Translations under genes and position numbers: made by a program
NCBI GenBank assembly: GCA_965217895.1
Contig: CBDCJV010000002.1
Span: forward strand, 3,424,001-3,488,000
Reading direction: 5' to 3'
Length of the DNA: 64,000 bases
DNA from: Waterburya sp.
GTDB lineage: Bacteria; Cyanobacteriota; Cyanobacteriia; Cyanobacteriales; Xenococcaceae
Notes under the pieces: generated by a model
Told to the model about the DNA's origin: nothing
The model's database searches: none
Seen by the model: only the letters and a program-made list of their open reading frames with translations
In this document: in pieces, positions 20,885 to 30,202 of the stretch
Layout of the letters: each line of letters starts with the position of its first letter
How positions within the stretch are numbered: the stretch's first letter is position 1

Positions 20885-22183
20885 ATGACCCAGACACCCA
20901 TCAAAACCACCAAAGGAAGAACTTTCACCAACTTAGTATCCAAAGAAGGTGGCGTAAGATATCCTCTTAAAGCTCTCAATGTTTGCGAAGAAACATTTTC
21001 TCCTTTAGAAGTTGAATATGATTACGATGAAATTCGTCGTCAAGTCAACCGTAAAACTATCGCAGCAGGGCCTAATTCAATTTGGCGTTACAAAGCATTT
21101 TTGCCAGTTGAAAGCGAAAATCCAATTGATGTCGGTACAGGGATGACTCCTTTGGTTAAGTCCAATCGTTTAGCTCGTCGTCTGGGTCTAAAAAATCTTT
21201 ATATTAAAAATGATGCGGTTAATATGCCTACCCTCAGTTTCAAAGATAGGGTAGTATCTGTAGCCTTGACTCGTGCTAGGGAACTAGGATTTTCTACTGT
21301 TTCCTGTGCTAGTACTGGTAACTTAGCTAATTCTACAGCAGCGATCGCAGCACACGCAGGTATGGACTGTTGCGTATTTATTCCTGCGGACTTAGAAGCA
21401 GGAAAAATCATGGGTACATTAATTTATAACCCTACGGTAATGGCGGTTAAAGGCAACTACGATCAGGTCAATCGTCTTTGTTCTGAAGTTGGTAACAGCT
21501 ACGGTTGGGGTTTTGTCAACATCAATCTCCGCCCTTACTACTCTGAAGGTTCTAAAACCCTTGGTTACGAAGTAGCCGAACAGTTAGGCTGGGAACTACC
21601 CGATCATATAGTTGCACCTTTAGCTTCTGGTTCATTGTTTACCAAGATCTATAAAGGCTTTAACGAATTTGTTAAAGTCGGTTTAGTAGAAGACAAAAAA
21701 GTTCGCTTTAGTGGCGCACAGGCAGAAGGCTGTTCTCCCATTGCTCAAGCATTTAAAGAAGGTAGAGACTTTGTTACGCCTGTTAAGCCCAATACGATCG
21801 CTAAATCCATTGCGATCGGCAATCCAGCAGATGGCTATTACGCTTTAGATGTTGCTCGCAAAACCAACGGCAACATCGAATCTGTAACCGATGCTGAGAT
21901 TATCGAAGGTATGAAGCTTTTGGCTGAAACCGAAGGTATCTTTACTGAAACTGCTGGTGGAACTACTGTCGCAGTCCTTAAAAAGCTGGTAGAAGCAGGT
22001 AAAATTAATCCCAACGAGAAAACAGTTGTCTATATAACTGGCAATGGCTTGAAAACTCAAGAAGCAGTACAGGGATATATTGGTGAGCCTCTAACTATTG
22101 AACCAAAACTAGACAGCTTTGAACGTGCGCTAGAACGCTCTCGCACTTTAGAACGTTTGGAATGGCAACAAACTAGCGTTTAA
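20885..22183 (+). CDS. thrC: Threonine synthase-family PLP enzyme
   Basis: PTLSFKDR (PLP Lys), CASTGN, EGSKTLGYEVAEQLG, ITGNGLK. Confidence 0.9.
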   Translation: MTQTPIKTTKGRTFTNLVSKEGGVRYPLKALNVCEETFSPLEVEYDYDEIRRQVNRKTIAAGPNSIWRYKAFLPVESENPIDVGTGMTPLVKSNRLARRLGLKNLYIKNDAVNMPTLSFKDRVVSVALTRARELGFSTVSCASTGNLANSTAAIAAHAGMDCCVFIPADLEAGKIMGTLIYNPTVMAVKGNYDQVNRLCSEVGNSYGWGFVNINLRPYYSEGSKTLGYEVAEQLGWELPDHIVAPLASGSLFTKIYKGFNEFVKVGLVEDKKVRFSGAQAEGCSPIAQAFKEGRDFVTPVKPNTIAKSIAIGNPADGYYALDVARKTNGNIESVTDAEIIEGMKLLAETEGIFTETAGGTTVAVLKKLVEAGKINPNEKTVVYITGNGLKTQEAVQGYIGEPLTIEPKLDSFERALERSRTLERLEWQQTSV

Positions 22184-22271
22184 CATTTGACATCGATCAT
22201 TTACCATCGACCATTTTTTCTAACTAGGTAAATGGTTCAACTATCCATTATTAAATCTTTTTCTATCGATC

Positions 22272-22547
22272 ATGACCGTTAAAGTATTAGTTCCTACTCC
22301 CTTGCAAAAGTTTACCAACAATCAAGCTACTATCGAGTGTGCTGGTAGTAATATAGATGAGCTTATTAACTCTCTAGAAACTAATTGTCCTGGTATCAAG
22401 GCTCGTATTTGTGACGAAAGCGGAAAGCCCCGTCGTTTTTTAAATCTTTATGTCAACAGTGAAGATATTCGTTTCCTTGAAGGTACAGATACAACACTAA
22501 GTGATGGTGATGAAGTAAGTATAGTTCCTGCGGTTGCAGGGGGCTAA
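22272..22547 (+). CDS. MoaD/ThiS (CysO-like) sulfur-carrier protein
   Basis: 91-aa ubiquitin-like protein ending PAVAGG. Confidence 0.93.
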   Translation: MTVKVLVPTPLQKFTNNQATIECAGSNIDELINSLETNCPGIKARICDESGKPRRFLNLYVNSEDIRFLEGTDTTLSDGDEVSIVPAVAGG

Positions 22548-22581
22548 GGCTTAGATTTACAAATTTCGTAACAGTATAATT

Positions 22582-22612
22582 GGGGTTGGCGTGACTGCTA
22601 ACCTCTTTTTTT
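22582..22612 (+). terminator. Intrinsic terminator
   Basis: GGGGTTGGC-loop-GCTAACCTC followed by T7. Confidence 0.75.
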
Positions 22613-22853
22613 GTTGATTGATTACTTGAAATAAATTTAAGTGGTGTTTTTCTTCCGTTTCCAAGCAGCAATAATTTTAATGACTAGTTAGGGAATGATA
22701 AGGAAATGGATAGATATTTAGACATCTATTCATTTCTGTCAGACATTACAAAAATATTTTGGCGACCACATCTAAAAAATTTAAATTCTTTTGAGCAATA
22801 AAACAATAATTCTCAATTGTTAGCATTTACTGAGATATTTTACATACAAGACT

Positions 22854-23402
22854 ATGCAAACATCTAAAAAAAATATTGATAATTCAGAAAAGCGATCGCG
22901 CTTCTATGAAACTTTAAACTCGTTGCGATCGCATTTTACCACTTCCAAATTAAAGACAGTCTTGTTAGTCTGTCTGATTAGCTTTACATCACTATTAGTC
23001 AGACAAACCTTACGAGTTCAGCATTCTTGTAATCCTATGATTCATTGGTCTGGAGAATTTCCCGCAGAGTGTCAAGTAGCAGTAAAAAATGACTTTGACA
23101 GCTTTGATAAGTTTAGTTCTACAAGAACACGAACATCAAAGAATGAGTCCAGCAATTTTAATGATTTTAGTTCTCTAACAAAACAAGAATTAAAAACATC
23201 GAAACAACAACCTCAAATTGCTCAAAACATTTTTGAATCTCAACCTAATCAGATTACTTACGGTCTCCCATCTCCTACTCGAGAAAGCTCACAACACAAT
23301 ACAGAAACTAAGTCAAAAAATCTACTTGACGTAGTAGTAGAAGTAGTAGTGGTAATAAAGAACTTCTTATGGTGGTGGTGGGGAACCAAAAGATTTCTTT
23401 AA
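22854..23402 (+). CDS. Hypothetical protein with one N-terminal TM
   Basis: 182-aa ORF, first gene of a co-oriented cluster; low-complexity C-terminus. Confidence 0.5.
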   Translation: MQTSKKNIDNSEKRSRFYETLNSLRSHFTTSKLKTVLLVCLISFTSLLVRQTLRVQHSCNPMIHWSGEFPAECQVAVKNDFDSFDKFSSTRTRTSKNESSNFNDFSSLTKQELKTSKQQPQIAQNIFESQPNQITYGLPSPTRESSQHNTETKSKNLLDVVVEVVVVIKNFLWWWWGTKRFL

Positions 23403-23450
23403 TAACATTGTCAATCATTTTTTTATTCAACAAAGGAGTAACAAATAATC

Positions 23451-23858
23451 ATGGAAAACAACCAATCTTGCGAAATCATTTCTAACAACCAAACTCAAAA
23501 CGAGATCGCCCAAAATGAATCCCCTGAAACCGTTTTACAAACTCAACCTGTCTCTATTATCAATTCTGAAAGCAGTAATTCTTTTGAACTAAAAAAATGG
23601 ATTATTATTTGCATTGCTGGAGTTGCAGCCATAACTTGTTTTTTCCTCTTTGCTAAAGAAACCGATGTTTGCTTTCTTAGTACCTGTAATGATTACAGCG
23701 ATTCCTTAGCCATAGGTTCAACATCCGTAGGTAATGAGTTTTTAGTTTACGCTGGTAGTGCAGCAACTCTTGTAGGTCTTACTTTAATCGGCGTTCCTCT
23801 ACTTTTTGCTATTGCCGTTTCCACAGGAGTTTGGTTTCTTGTACATCTTATCCATTAA
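23451..23858 (+). CDS. Hypothetical membrane protein
   Basis: AAGGAG RBS upstream; 2-3 hydrophobic helices. Confidence 0.7.
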   Translation: MENNQSCEIISNNQTQNEIAQNESPETVLQTQPVSIINSESSNSFELKKWIIICIAGVAAITCFFLFAKETDVCFLSTCNDYSDSLAIGSTSVGNEFLVYAGSAATLVGLTLIGVPLLFAIAVSTGVWFLVHLIH

Positions 23859-23895
23859 TCAAAAACTTTTAATTAATTTGAGATAAAACAAAACA

Positions 23896-25359
23896 ATGAA
23901 CTTAATTACCTTTGATCGCATTGATAAAACTTTCAGTAAAGGATTTGGGCAAAAAACAACTATCCTCGGAGATATCAGCTTTACCATTCAACAGGGTGAA
24001 TTTGTCATCCTGCGTGGGGAAAACGGTGCGGGAAAAAGCACTATTCTTAATCTCGCTTTAGGATTGCTCAAACCCAGTAAGGGAGAAGTAAAGCTAATGG
24101 GGCGATCGCCTCAAGATAGCAATTCTAAACTTAAGGTAGGAGTCGTTTTACAAGATACTCAAGTTCCCTCTAATGCCAAAGTCACCGAACTAGTAGAATT
24201 GTGGCGCAGTTACTATCCGAACCCATTATCTACAGCAGAAATTCTCAGTAAAGTTAACCTGAATGGTAAAGAACATCTCGATGCTAGTGATTTGTCTGGA
24301 GGACAAAAACAAAGGCTTTATTTTGCCTTGGCGTTAGTTGGTAATCCCGAATTACTTATTTTAGATGAACCGACGAGAAATTTAGATGACAAAGGCTATG
24401 AAGAGTTTTGGCAGCAAATTAAATTCTGTCAGCAAGCGGGAATAACTATTTTGATGGTGACAAATAATAAATCTGACTGGCAGGAATTAGAAAGTGTAGC
24501 AACCCGCGAAATAACTCTACACAGGCATTCTGAAGCACCAGAAAAGGGACAGATTTCCGAAAAAAATCTACAGAGACAGAGTAATGCTAGTAATTCTCAC
24601 ACTAACAAGCGGGTAATAGAGACAACTTCTAATTTATTATCCGCCTTCGTCGGACAACTGCGCTTTGAAATTCAGCAAATAATTCGCACTCCTGTATTTC
24701 TCATCATGATTTTGGCTTTAGTTGCTTTTATACCATTGCTCAAAAAGTTAGGTATTCAAGGAGATGGTGCAATGGAATCGATGGTGAGTATCTGTGGGCT
24801 TGCCTTATTTACCATTGTCATCGAGCGCCTGGGTAAAAGAGTTGCTGTCGAGCGATCGGAAAAGTGGCTCAAAATGCTTAAGGTGACTTGTTTACCGTCC
24901 TATGTTCATATTGCTGCTAAGGTTGCAACTTCTCTCTTAATTTGTTCTGTAAGTATTCTCTTGGCGTTTGTTCTAGGACATTGGCAATTAGAAATCAACG
25001 CTAGTTTCGGTATGTGGGTAAATCTATTTTTAGTGTTAATAGCTGGCATAATTCCCTTTGCTATTTTAGGTCTAACTCTGGGTTATCTACTCAACCCCAA
25101 AAGTGCTGACTCCATCATAGGTTTATCCCTTATTGTTATCCCCATAGCCTGTGGTACGTTTTCTTTGCCCATACCCAATTATCTACAGGATGCCATCACT
25201 CTATCGCCCTTTTATCACTACAAAGAAGCAATTCTCTGGGCAGCAAGGTTAGACTACGATAAACAGATATTTATCCATTTAATCTGGTTGATTTGGGCAA
25301 CGGTAGTTTTTAGCGCGATCGCACTTTGGTCATATCAGCGAGAACAAGCAGTTCAGTAG
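23896..25359 (+). CDS. ABC transporter, ATP-binding domain fused to an ABC-2-type permease
   Basis: GENGAGKST, LSGGQ, ILDEPT; the C-terminal half has about 6 TM helices. Confidence 0.88.
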   Translation: MNLITFDRIDKTFSKGFGQKTTILGDISFTIQQGEFVILRGENGAGKSTILNLALGLLKPSKGEVKLMGRSPQDSNSKLKVGVVLQDTQVPSNAKVTELVELWRSYYPNPLSTAEILSKVNLNGKEHLDASDLSGGQKQRLYFALALVGNPELLILDEPTRNLDDKGYEEFWQQIKFCQQAGITILMVTNNKSDWQELESVATREITLHRHSEAPEKGQISEKNLQRQSNASNSHTNKRVIETTSNLLSAFVGQLRFEIQQIIRTPVFLIMILALVAFIPLLKKLGIQGDGAMESMVSICGLALFTIVIERLGKRVAVERSEKWLKMLKVTCLPSYVHIAAKVATSLLICSVSILLAFVLGHWQLEINASFGMWVNLFLVLIAGIIPFAILGLTLGYLLNPKSADSIIGLSLIVIPIACGTFSLPIPNYLQDAITLSPFYHYKEAILWAARLDYDKQIFIHLIWLIWATVVFSAIALWSYQREQAVQ

Positions 25360-25385
25360 AAAACACTATTTACCGATAGACAATA

Positions 25386-27632
25386 ATGCAGATTACTACA
25401 GCAGAACGAACAAAACAAATTCAAGCAATACTAGATCGACGACTTCCTTTGAGGGAAAAAATTGCTGCTGTTGAAGGTAATTTGCGATCGCTATCTCGTT
25501 TATTAGAAACCCTAGCCCAACACAGGAGTGGAATATGCTCTCTAGCCGAGAGCATTTCCTCCCGTCAAAATCGCGATCGCCTAATCTCTCAAGTTACCGA
25601 ACTAGAAGAACAAAACAGTCTACAGGAACTTAATTTCATACAGCTACAATCTCAAATTCAATCCCAGTTAGCAGGATTAGATTTACTCAAAAATCGCTTC
25701 AACCGTGACACCATCAACATTGGAGTCATCGGACGTGCGGGACAGGGAAAAAGCCAATTATTGCAGAGTTTAACGGGATTATCTAGTAACGAAATTCCGA
25801 CAGGCGATCGCGGACACTGTACGGGAGTTCGTAGCACGATTTTACATCAGCCTGGCATAGATACCTATGGAGAAATTACTTTTCACTCAGAGCCTTCTTT
25901 CCTTCAAGAAGTCATTGCACCCTATTATCAAGAGTTAGGTTTGGGTAAAGTTTCCTATAGTTTGGACGAGTTTAAAAACAATAGCTTACCTCCTTTGCCC
26001 GAAAATCTTGGTGATAGTGCCGAGGCGATCGCAAAATATGAAGATCATCTTCAGAAATACCGCGATAAATTACCTTTTTATCGTCATCTATTAGAAAAAA
26101 GAGATTCGCTCAAAGTTGCCAAAGAAAATATCAGAGAATATGTCGCTCAAGATTCTATTGACGGCAACGAGGAATATTACAATTACGTTGCCGTTAAAAG
26201 CGCAAAAATATTTTGTACTTTTCCAAAATCTGATGTAGGGCAAATTGCTCTAATTGATATGCCAGGATTAGGCGATACAGGTATAGGAGATGAAAGCAAA
26301 TTAATCGAAATTCTAGCGCAGGATGTCGATCTGGCATTATTTGTACGAATGCCTCGACCTATGAGAGATTTCTGGGCAGATGTAGATGTTAAGCTTTACG
26401 ATACAGCAAAATCTGCTTTGACTGCTTTACCTCTGAAACAGTGGTCATTTTTAATTCTTAACAATACCAAACAAAATTCACCAATCGGCGATAATTCAAT
26501 TCTCTGTCAAGATTTAGAACGCAAACGCGAAAATAAGGGATTATATTTTGCTGACTGTATCACCGCCAATTGTGCCGATCCTGACGCAGTAAACCAAAAA
26601 CTACTCGATCCTGTTTTAAGTTATCTATGCGATCGCATTACCGAACTTGATCGCGCCTATGTATCTTCCTGTCAGGAAAGTTTATTGGAGTTACAGCAAG
26701 AAGTAGCAGCAGAATTAAAAAAGGCAAGTCATGTATTAAAAGGTTTGGCTCAAAACAGTAATTATTTTCCTAAATTTATCGAATTGTTTGATGAGCTTTG
26801 GGTAGAGTTAGCCAGTGGCTTAGAAGGATTGCTACAGGATTTACGAGAAGAGAGAGACATAGAAAACTTAGAATTTAAGCAGCAGATAGAGACTGCGGTT
26901 GCTGCTTGTCGCGAAGATAACGGCATTCCTACAGAGGATGAAATTGAGAAAATGCGCCACAGCAAAGGAGGTTATCCCAATGCTTACTACGAGTATCTCA
27001 ATCAAGTTCGCGCTCACTTATCCCAACACTTTCTGCTTCTAGATGATGTTCTCAAAGAAGCAATAAACAAAGTAAAAACTCAAGTCTGTCAGATACTTAT
27101 AGAGCAAGGTAAATTAGGAAATCTAACCGAAGTCAGAGAAGCAGAATTTATTAGTGCGATCGCTGATATTATTCCCGATAATCTCAAACGTCTTAAACTA
27201 GGTTTCCAAACTTTAGCAGAATTCGATCTTTCCTATCGTGGCTTGATTCAGCACCGCATTCGCCAACATCTCGACGATCTCACCCCAGATGAAACCTCAT
27301 TACAGCTTTCTCCTTCTCCTTCTGCTGCGGAAGTATTAAGCTGCTTAAATTCCCTCCACGCCGAAGCCATTTATAAATGCGAGACGGCATTAGACGACTT
27401 ACTAGCCGAACCTAATCAAGCTGCATTTGCCATTGTAGAAGAATTTCTTGATCGCATCTTAAGAGCAAAACAAGTTAGACAAGAATGGCTCAAGTTCTTA
27501 CAAGAAATCTACGATCGCGTTTGGAGCGAAGAATTTGAAGAGTTTGGTCATAATAGCAAAATGAGTCAACAGTGGATGGCAGGAGTCGAAAGTGCGATCG
27601 CAGCCAATACAAAGGATAATTTCACGTTTTAA
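25386..27632 (+). CDS. Dynamin-like / large TRAFAC GTPase with helical C-terminus
   Basis: G1 GRAGQGKS, G2 HCTG, G3 IDMPGLGD, flanked by coiled/helical regions. Confidence 0.8.
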   Translation: MQITTAERTKQIQAILDRRLPLREKIAAVEGNLRSLSRLLETLAQHRSGICSLAESISSRQNRDRLISQVTELEEQNSLQELNFIQLQSQIQSQLAGLDLLKNRFNRDTINIGVIGRAGQGKSQLLQSLTGLSSNEIPTGDRGHCTGVRSTILHQPGIDTYGEITFHSEPSFLQEVIAPYYQELGLGKVSYSLDEFKNNSLPPLPENLGDSAEAIAKYEDHLQKYRDKLPFYRHLLEKRDSLKVAKENIREYVAQDSIDGNEEYYNYVAVKSAKIFCTFPKSDVGQIALIDMPGLGDTGIGDESKLIEILAQDVDLALFVRMPRPMRDFWADVDVKLYDTAKSALTALPLKQWSFLILNNTKQNSPIGDNSILCQDLERKRENKGLYFADCITANCADPDAVNQKLLDPVLSYLCDRITELDRAYVSSCQESLLELQQEVAAELKKASHVLKGLAQNSNYFPKFIELFDELWVELASGLEGLLQDLREERDIENLEFKQQIETAVAACREDNGIPTEDEIEKMRHSKGGYPNAYYEYLNQVRAHLSQHFLLLDDVLKEAINKVKTQVCQILIEQGKLGNLTEVREAEFISAIADIIPDNLKRLKLGFQTLAEFDLSYRGLIQHRIRQHLDDLTPDETSLQLSPSPSAAEVLSCLNSLHAEAIYKCETALDDLLAEPNQAAFAIVEEFLDRILRAKQVRQEWLKFLQEIYDRVWSEEFEEFGHNSKMSQQWMAGVESAIAANTKDNFTF

Positions 27633-27644
27633 AAGGAAATATAA

Positions 27645-28631
27645 ATGCAAGAACTCAAAATCACTATGCTGGGAGCAAGTGGAGTAGGTAAGACTACTCT
27701 TTTAACAGCCATGTACGAACAGTTTGAAACTAACATTGGCAATACTAATCTGCAACTAACTCCTGACGATGAGAGTGCTGCAATCTTACAAGATCGTTTA
27801 ATCGAGTTAAAAAGCATGGTTGATGTATTTGAAGCAAGAGGAAGAGTAGGAATTGAAGGTACAGAGGCAATGGCTGGCCCTGAGTCTCTACGTTCCTTTT
27901 CTTTCGGTTTGGGTCGAAAAGGAGAAACCCCCTCTCTTAATCTGCGTTTTTACGATTATCCAGGAGGATATCATGCAACTCAAGCAACCAAAGAGGAAAA
28001 AGATTTCGTCAAAAAGACCTTGCGAGAATCAACAGCCGTTCTAATTCCCATTGATGCTCCCTCTTTAATGGAGAAAAACGGTAAATTTCATGAAAAAATC
28101 AATCGACCCCAACAGATTAAAGCCTTGTTTAATGCAGCATATCAAAATCTAGATTCCCCTCGCTTAATAATATTTGCTCCTGTCAAATGCGAGAAATATC
28201 TGAAAAACAATAAAACTGCCAAAGAGCTATTAGAAAAAGTAAAACAAGGATATGCACCACTACTAGATCATTTCAATTCACCGAGTCTAAATCCTTGGGT
28301 TGCTAATGTAATTACTCCAGTTCAAACAGTTGGTAGCGTCATATTTTCCCGTATGGAAGTAGATAGTGAAAATAATCCTCATTTTTACTTCCGCAAGACC
28401 AGACACGATGCAGAATACTCTCCCAGTGACAGCGAACAACCCTTGCGTTATTTACTACGTTTCCTGTTGAAAATACATCTTGACTCTCGACAATGGAAAT
28501 TTTTCAATTTTCTTCGTAATTGGCTGGAGTTAGATAATCATCTGGAAAAAGCAGTTGACGAATTTTCCCGTGGTTGCAAAACTAACGGCAGTTTTGCAGT
28601 AGTTAAAGGTGAAAAGTGGCTAAATATTTAG
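27645..28631 (+). CDS. Small TRAFAC-class GTPase (conflict-system type)
   Basis: G1 GASGVGKT, G3 DYPG, G4-like PVKCE, and a conserved-looking EQPLRYLLRF. Confidence 0.78.
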   Translation: MQELKITMLGASGVGKTTLLTAMYEQFETNIGNTNLQLTPDDESAAILQDRLIELKSMVDVFEARGRVGIEGTEAMAGPESLRSFSFGLGRKGETPSLNLRFYDYPGGYHATQATKEEKDFVKKTLRESTAVLIPIDAPSLMEKNGKFHEKINRPQQIKALFNAAYQNLDSPRLIIFAPVKCEKYLKNNKTAKELLEKVKQGYAPLLDHFNSPSLNPWVANVITPVQTVGSVIFSRMEVDSENNPHFYFRKTRHDAEYSPSDSEQPLRYLLRFLLKIHLDSRQWKFFNFLRNWLELDNHLEKAVDEFSRGCKTNGSFAVVKGEKWLNI

Positions 28632-28644
28632 GAGAAAGCAAAAA

Positions 28645-29583
28645 ATGCCTATTTACGTTCAAAGTCGTGGCAAGAACCAAGACCAAGATTATCGTTGGTT
28701 GAGAATAAAATCGGCTGAATATTATCCAGAAAATCCAGATTTTTTAATGCAGTCCCTTGATAATTCCACATTAAAACCAGTTAATTTGATTGAAAGTCAA
28801 AAACAATCTATCATTCTAGTCGCAGATCGAAATAATTATTATTTATTGGTTACTGGCTTAAAAGCGAGGGAAAATAGAACTGACTTTACAGGGCGTTCTA
28901 TCCGCAATTCTATTCTTTGGATTTGCCAAAAAGATAGTGAAAATGCAAAGGTACGTTCATTATTAATTCGAGCTTTAAAAGGAAAATTAGACCAAGAAAT
29001 AGATAAAACTATTAGTGCTTGTGGTGAATATGGTTTTAAAGTTGACTACAAAAGTCTAGCAGAGTTATCTAGTTCAGTTTCAGATGTAGAAAATAATCGA
29101 AATACCGATCCAAGTTGCAAAATCGGCAGCAATTCTGAATCATTAAGACAAGAAATTGCTTTGGAGTTACAAACCAGTCTTCTCCCCGATCGCAACGGCT
29201 TATTGATCTTAGTTACCAGTATTAAATCTGCTTCTATCTTAAAAGAAGCTACCGTCTGGCGTGGTTTATCTAACAGAATTGAAGATGAAGAGTTTGAAGA
29301 ATATTCTTTTTTAGGAACTGTAAATCAACAGGCTCAAAAAAAAACAATATTCCTGGGCATAGCGATCGCAATAATCTTATTAATCGCGATCGCACTGTTG
29401 ATAATCAAACTTACCACACCACAAAAACCACAACCCGAAATTACCCCGACCCCTTCGACAATCCAAAAGAATTCGCATACTACATTAAAAGAAGAATTGA
29501 ATCAATCAGTCAATCTCATCAAAGCCAAAGAGATAAATTATTCGACATCCTTACATATGTTCCAAGAAGAATATGGGATGTAA
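28645..29583 (+). CDS. GTPase-associated (GAP1-like) protein with C-terminal TM
   Basis: N-terminal SRG...DYRW and DFTGRSIRNS; TM IFLGIAIAIILLIAIALLII immediately after an A9 run. Confidence 0.6.
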   Translation: MPIYVQSRGKNQDQDYRWLRIKSAEYYPENPDFLMQSLDNSTLKPVNLIESQKQSIILVADRNNYYLLVTGLKARENRTDFTGRSIRNSILWICQKDSENAKVRSLLIRALKGKLDQEIDKTISACGEYGFKVDYKSLAELSSSVSDVENNRNTDPSCKIGSNSESLRQEIALELQTSLLPDRNGLLILVTSIKSASILKEATVWRGLSNRIEDEEFEEYSFLGTVNQQAQKKTIFLGIAIAIILLIAIALLIIKLTTPQKPQPEITPTPSTIQKNSHTTLKEELNQSVNLIKAKEINYSTSLHMFQEEYGM

Positions 29584-29684
29584 ATAAGAGCCAAAATTTT
29601 AGTTTTACGCAATCTCTAGATATGAAACAGGTGATTTTGAATGAGATAGATTGCTTGTTTCAAGAACTTGATGATATGGATTAG
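29343..29684 (+). CDS. Alternative -1-frame C-terminus of 28645 (113 codons, reachable by slippage at A9, 29336-29344)
   Basis: Stop-free NNIPGHSDRNN...YPDPFDNPKEFAYYIKRRIESIS...LFDILTYVPRRIWD...ILNEIDCLFQELDDMD*. No ATG/GTG/TTG start until near its end. Confidence 0.55.
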   Translation, partial: NNIPGHSDRNNLINRDRTVDNQTYHTTKTTTRNYPDPFDNPKEFAYYIKRRIESISQSHQSQRDKLFDILTYVPRRIWDVNKSQNFSFTQSLDMKQVILNEIDCLFQELDDMD

Positions 29685-29790
29685 TTCAGTTTGCACTTTT
29701 ATAGAAATAAAAAAAGCTATTTTAAGAAAAATTTAGATAAAAATTTGGTAATTATAAAGGCATAAGCCTATTTCAATTCTGAAGTTGAGC

Positions 29791-30144
29791 TTAATCAAAA
29801 CTCTTCTTACCAATAACTGCTTGATAATTTTTAATATAAAAACAAGTATCTGGTTCAACAGCCTGACTCATTTGTTCATTTTTAAATGTTGTCGAACCTA
29901 ATGGTTCAAAATCAATTTCTAATTGGTCTAATAAAATTCTGACCATTTCCCCTATTATCTCTTTGTCTTTTTCATGTTCTGGTAAGGGAATCATGAATTC
30001 TAAAACTCCATTGCTGTAAGAAATTCTAGAACTGCGATGTTCGCCTAGTTCTTCCAAAATCTCTTCAAAATCTTGCCAGCTAATATCCTGTAATAATAAT
30101 TGCTGACCTGGTTTTACAACAATTTTTTCTAAAGCTACCTGCAT
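29791..30144 (-). pseudogene. Uma2-family endonuclease, C-terminally truncated
   Basis: ISWQDFE, ISYSNGVLEFM.PLPEHE, GSTTF, EPDTCFYI. It ends before the usual PDLxxE region. Confidence 0.8.
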
Positions 30145-30202
30145 AATTGAATCAATTCGCCTAACGCTAAATGTGGCTTTAAGACACCTTATTTTATTTT
30201 AC

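Noticed and set aside
23330..23402. VVEVVVV...WWWW tail as a programmed frameshift
   Set aside because: It arises from GTA/TGG trinucleotide runs. The alternative frames are short and I see no convincing slippery site.
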